Shown here one piece after another: positions 62,957 through 64,000 of a stretch of DNA of 64,000 nt. Made by a program: the position numbers and the translations under genes. Origin of the DNA: Heteronotia binoei (lineage: Eukaryota); contig NC_083223.1 in NCBI RefSeq assembly GCF_032191835.1, positions 84,072,001 through 84,136,000 on the forward strand. Reading direction: 5' to 3'. Each line of letters begins with the position of its first letter. Position 1 is the stretch's first letter. The notes under the pieces are model-generated. The model was not told where the DNA came from. It was given only the letters and a program-made list of their open reading frames with translations, and made no database searches.

Positions 62957-64000
62957 GAATATACTGCAGAGCTCTCCATTCACGCTTAAAACAGTAAAGC
63001 ATTCGTTAAAAGCTACACAGAAAAATAGTTTCAACAGTGTTAACACAGCACAACATACCGTAATTAGTTACAGTTAGAAGCCAAAATATAAACCAAGAAG
63101 TACAACAGCAACAGAGGAGACAAACCCTGCTTTCACTGTATATTAGTATATGCATGTTAACAAGATGTATACCCAATGCTGTGGTCTGCCTGTTCGCCAA
63201 AAAGCCTTATTCCCAAAATGAAATAGACACAGTATTTCGTGAACTTCATGAATTTTTGATGCTGATATTTTAACATTACCATATCCCAAGATTTCCTCCC
63301 CTCTGCTGTTGATTGAAACTGAGTTTTGTTACCATTTTGAGAAAAAGCCAGATCGACCAATCTCCAGCACACAGTCACACAGATTAAGATTAAAAAGTAG
63401 CATACAGCTATTTGACAGAAATGCATTAGATAATAATATAAGGAAGAGAATGGTAACTCAACAAGAACAAATTAAAACTTCTTGGTAGGAGCAGTTTTGT
63501 GAATACTTTATGCAGCATATATTTCTGTTTTAGGACAATGATTTCAATATGGTTTGAAAATTGTCCAGTACGCTGCAGGGATTTGTTTTAACCAACTCCA
63601 ATATAACCCACTAAAAAAATTATTTCTGGCATATGATGTTGGATTGGAAGAGTGAATGGAACACAGGAAACTGGCCAAAGCAGATTTAAGATGTTGTTTT
63701 AGCGAGCTTACTTTAAAAGCCTATTCTCAACTACTTGCATAACAGTGTACAAGTAGCATTTGGTGTTCTGGTAATCTAGTAATAGAAGGAACAAATCTAT
63801 CCTTAAATATATCATGTATTCTAGTCCCAACAGCTTTTCATTTACTCAGCCCATAATACACGGTGCTGTTAAAGAAACCAATGTTTGCAAATCTACCATA
63901 GTTTCTCCGTCATAGTTACTGAACTATCTTTAACAGAAATGGTTTTTTAAAAAACAGATTTCTGTACTTAACATTTTCATTATTCTTCCTTAACCAGAAG

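Overview
Squamate reptile genomic DNA, probably a gecko (inferred from Sauria SINEs, BovB, CR1 and gecko-type SINEs/MITEs). The only host gene I can support is the 3' half of MAP3K7 (TAK1) on the minus strand: six coding exons matching human exons 12-17 (62831 down to the stop at 40993), plus a long 3' UTR. Everything downstream (1-38 kb) is intergenic and packed with transposable elements. (1) A young, ORF-intact Gypsy chromovirus of the Tf1/sushi (PEG10-related) group at 6578-12094. It has a self-priming signature instead of a tRNA PBS, a non-canonical -1 frameshift site with an H-type pseudoknot, and a pol ORF that runs 74 codons into the LTR. (2) A 3.3-kb composite hAT element with MER30-like ends and an 8-bp TSD (34456-37796). 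It carries a 665-bp coding-free mini-DIRS with complete ITR/ICR architecture, a 165-bp tandem repeat and about 2 kb of unassigned sequence. (3) A 5'-truncated RTE LINE with an open ORF and an orphan 77-bp copy of its interior just outside its TSD. (4) A CR1 interrupted by an L1, and other minisatellite-carrying hAT elements. Inside MAP3K7 there are three RBFOX sites upstream of cassette exon 12, an exact 183-bp duplication bracketing exon 14, and an open intron-14 read-through frame that ends on an AATAAA. Family names come from remembered consensus and protein motifs; no database search was run.
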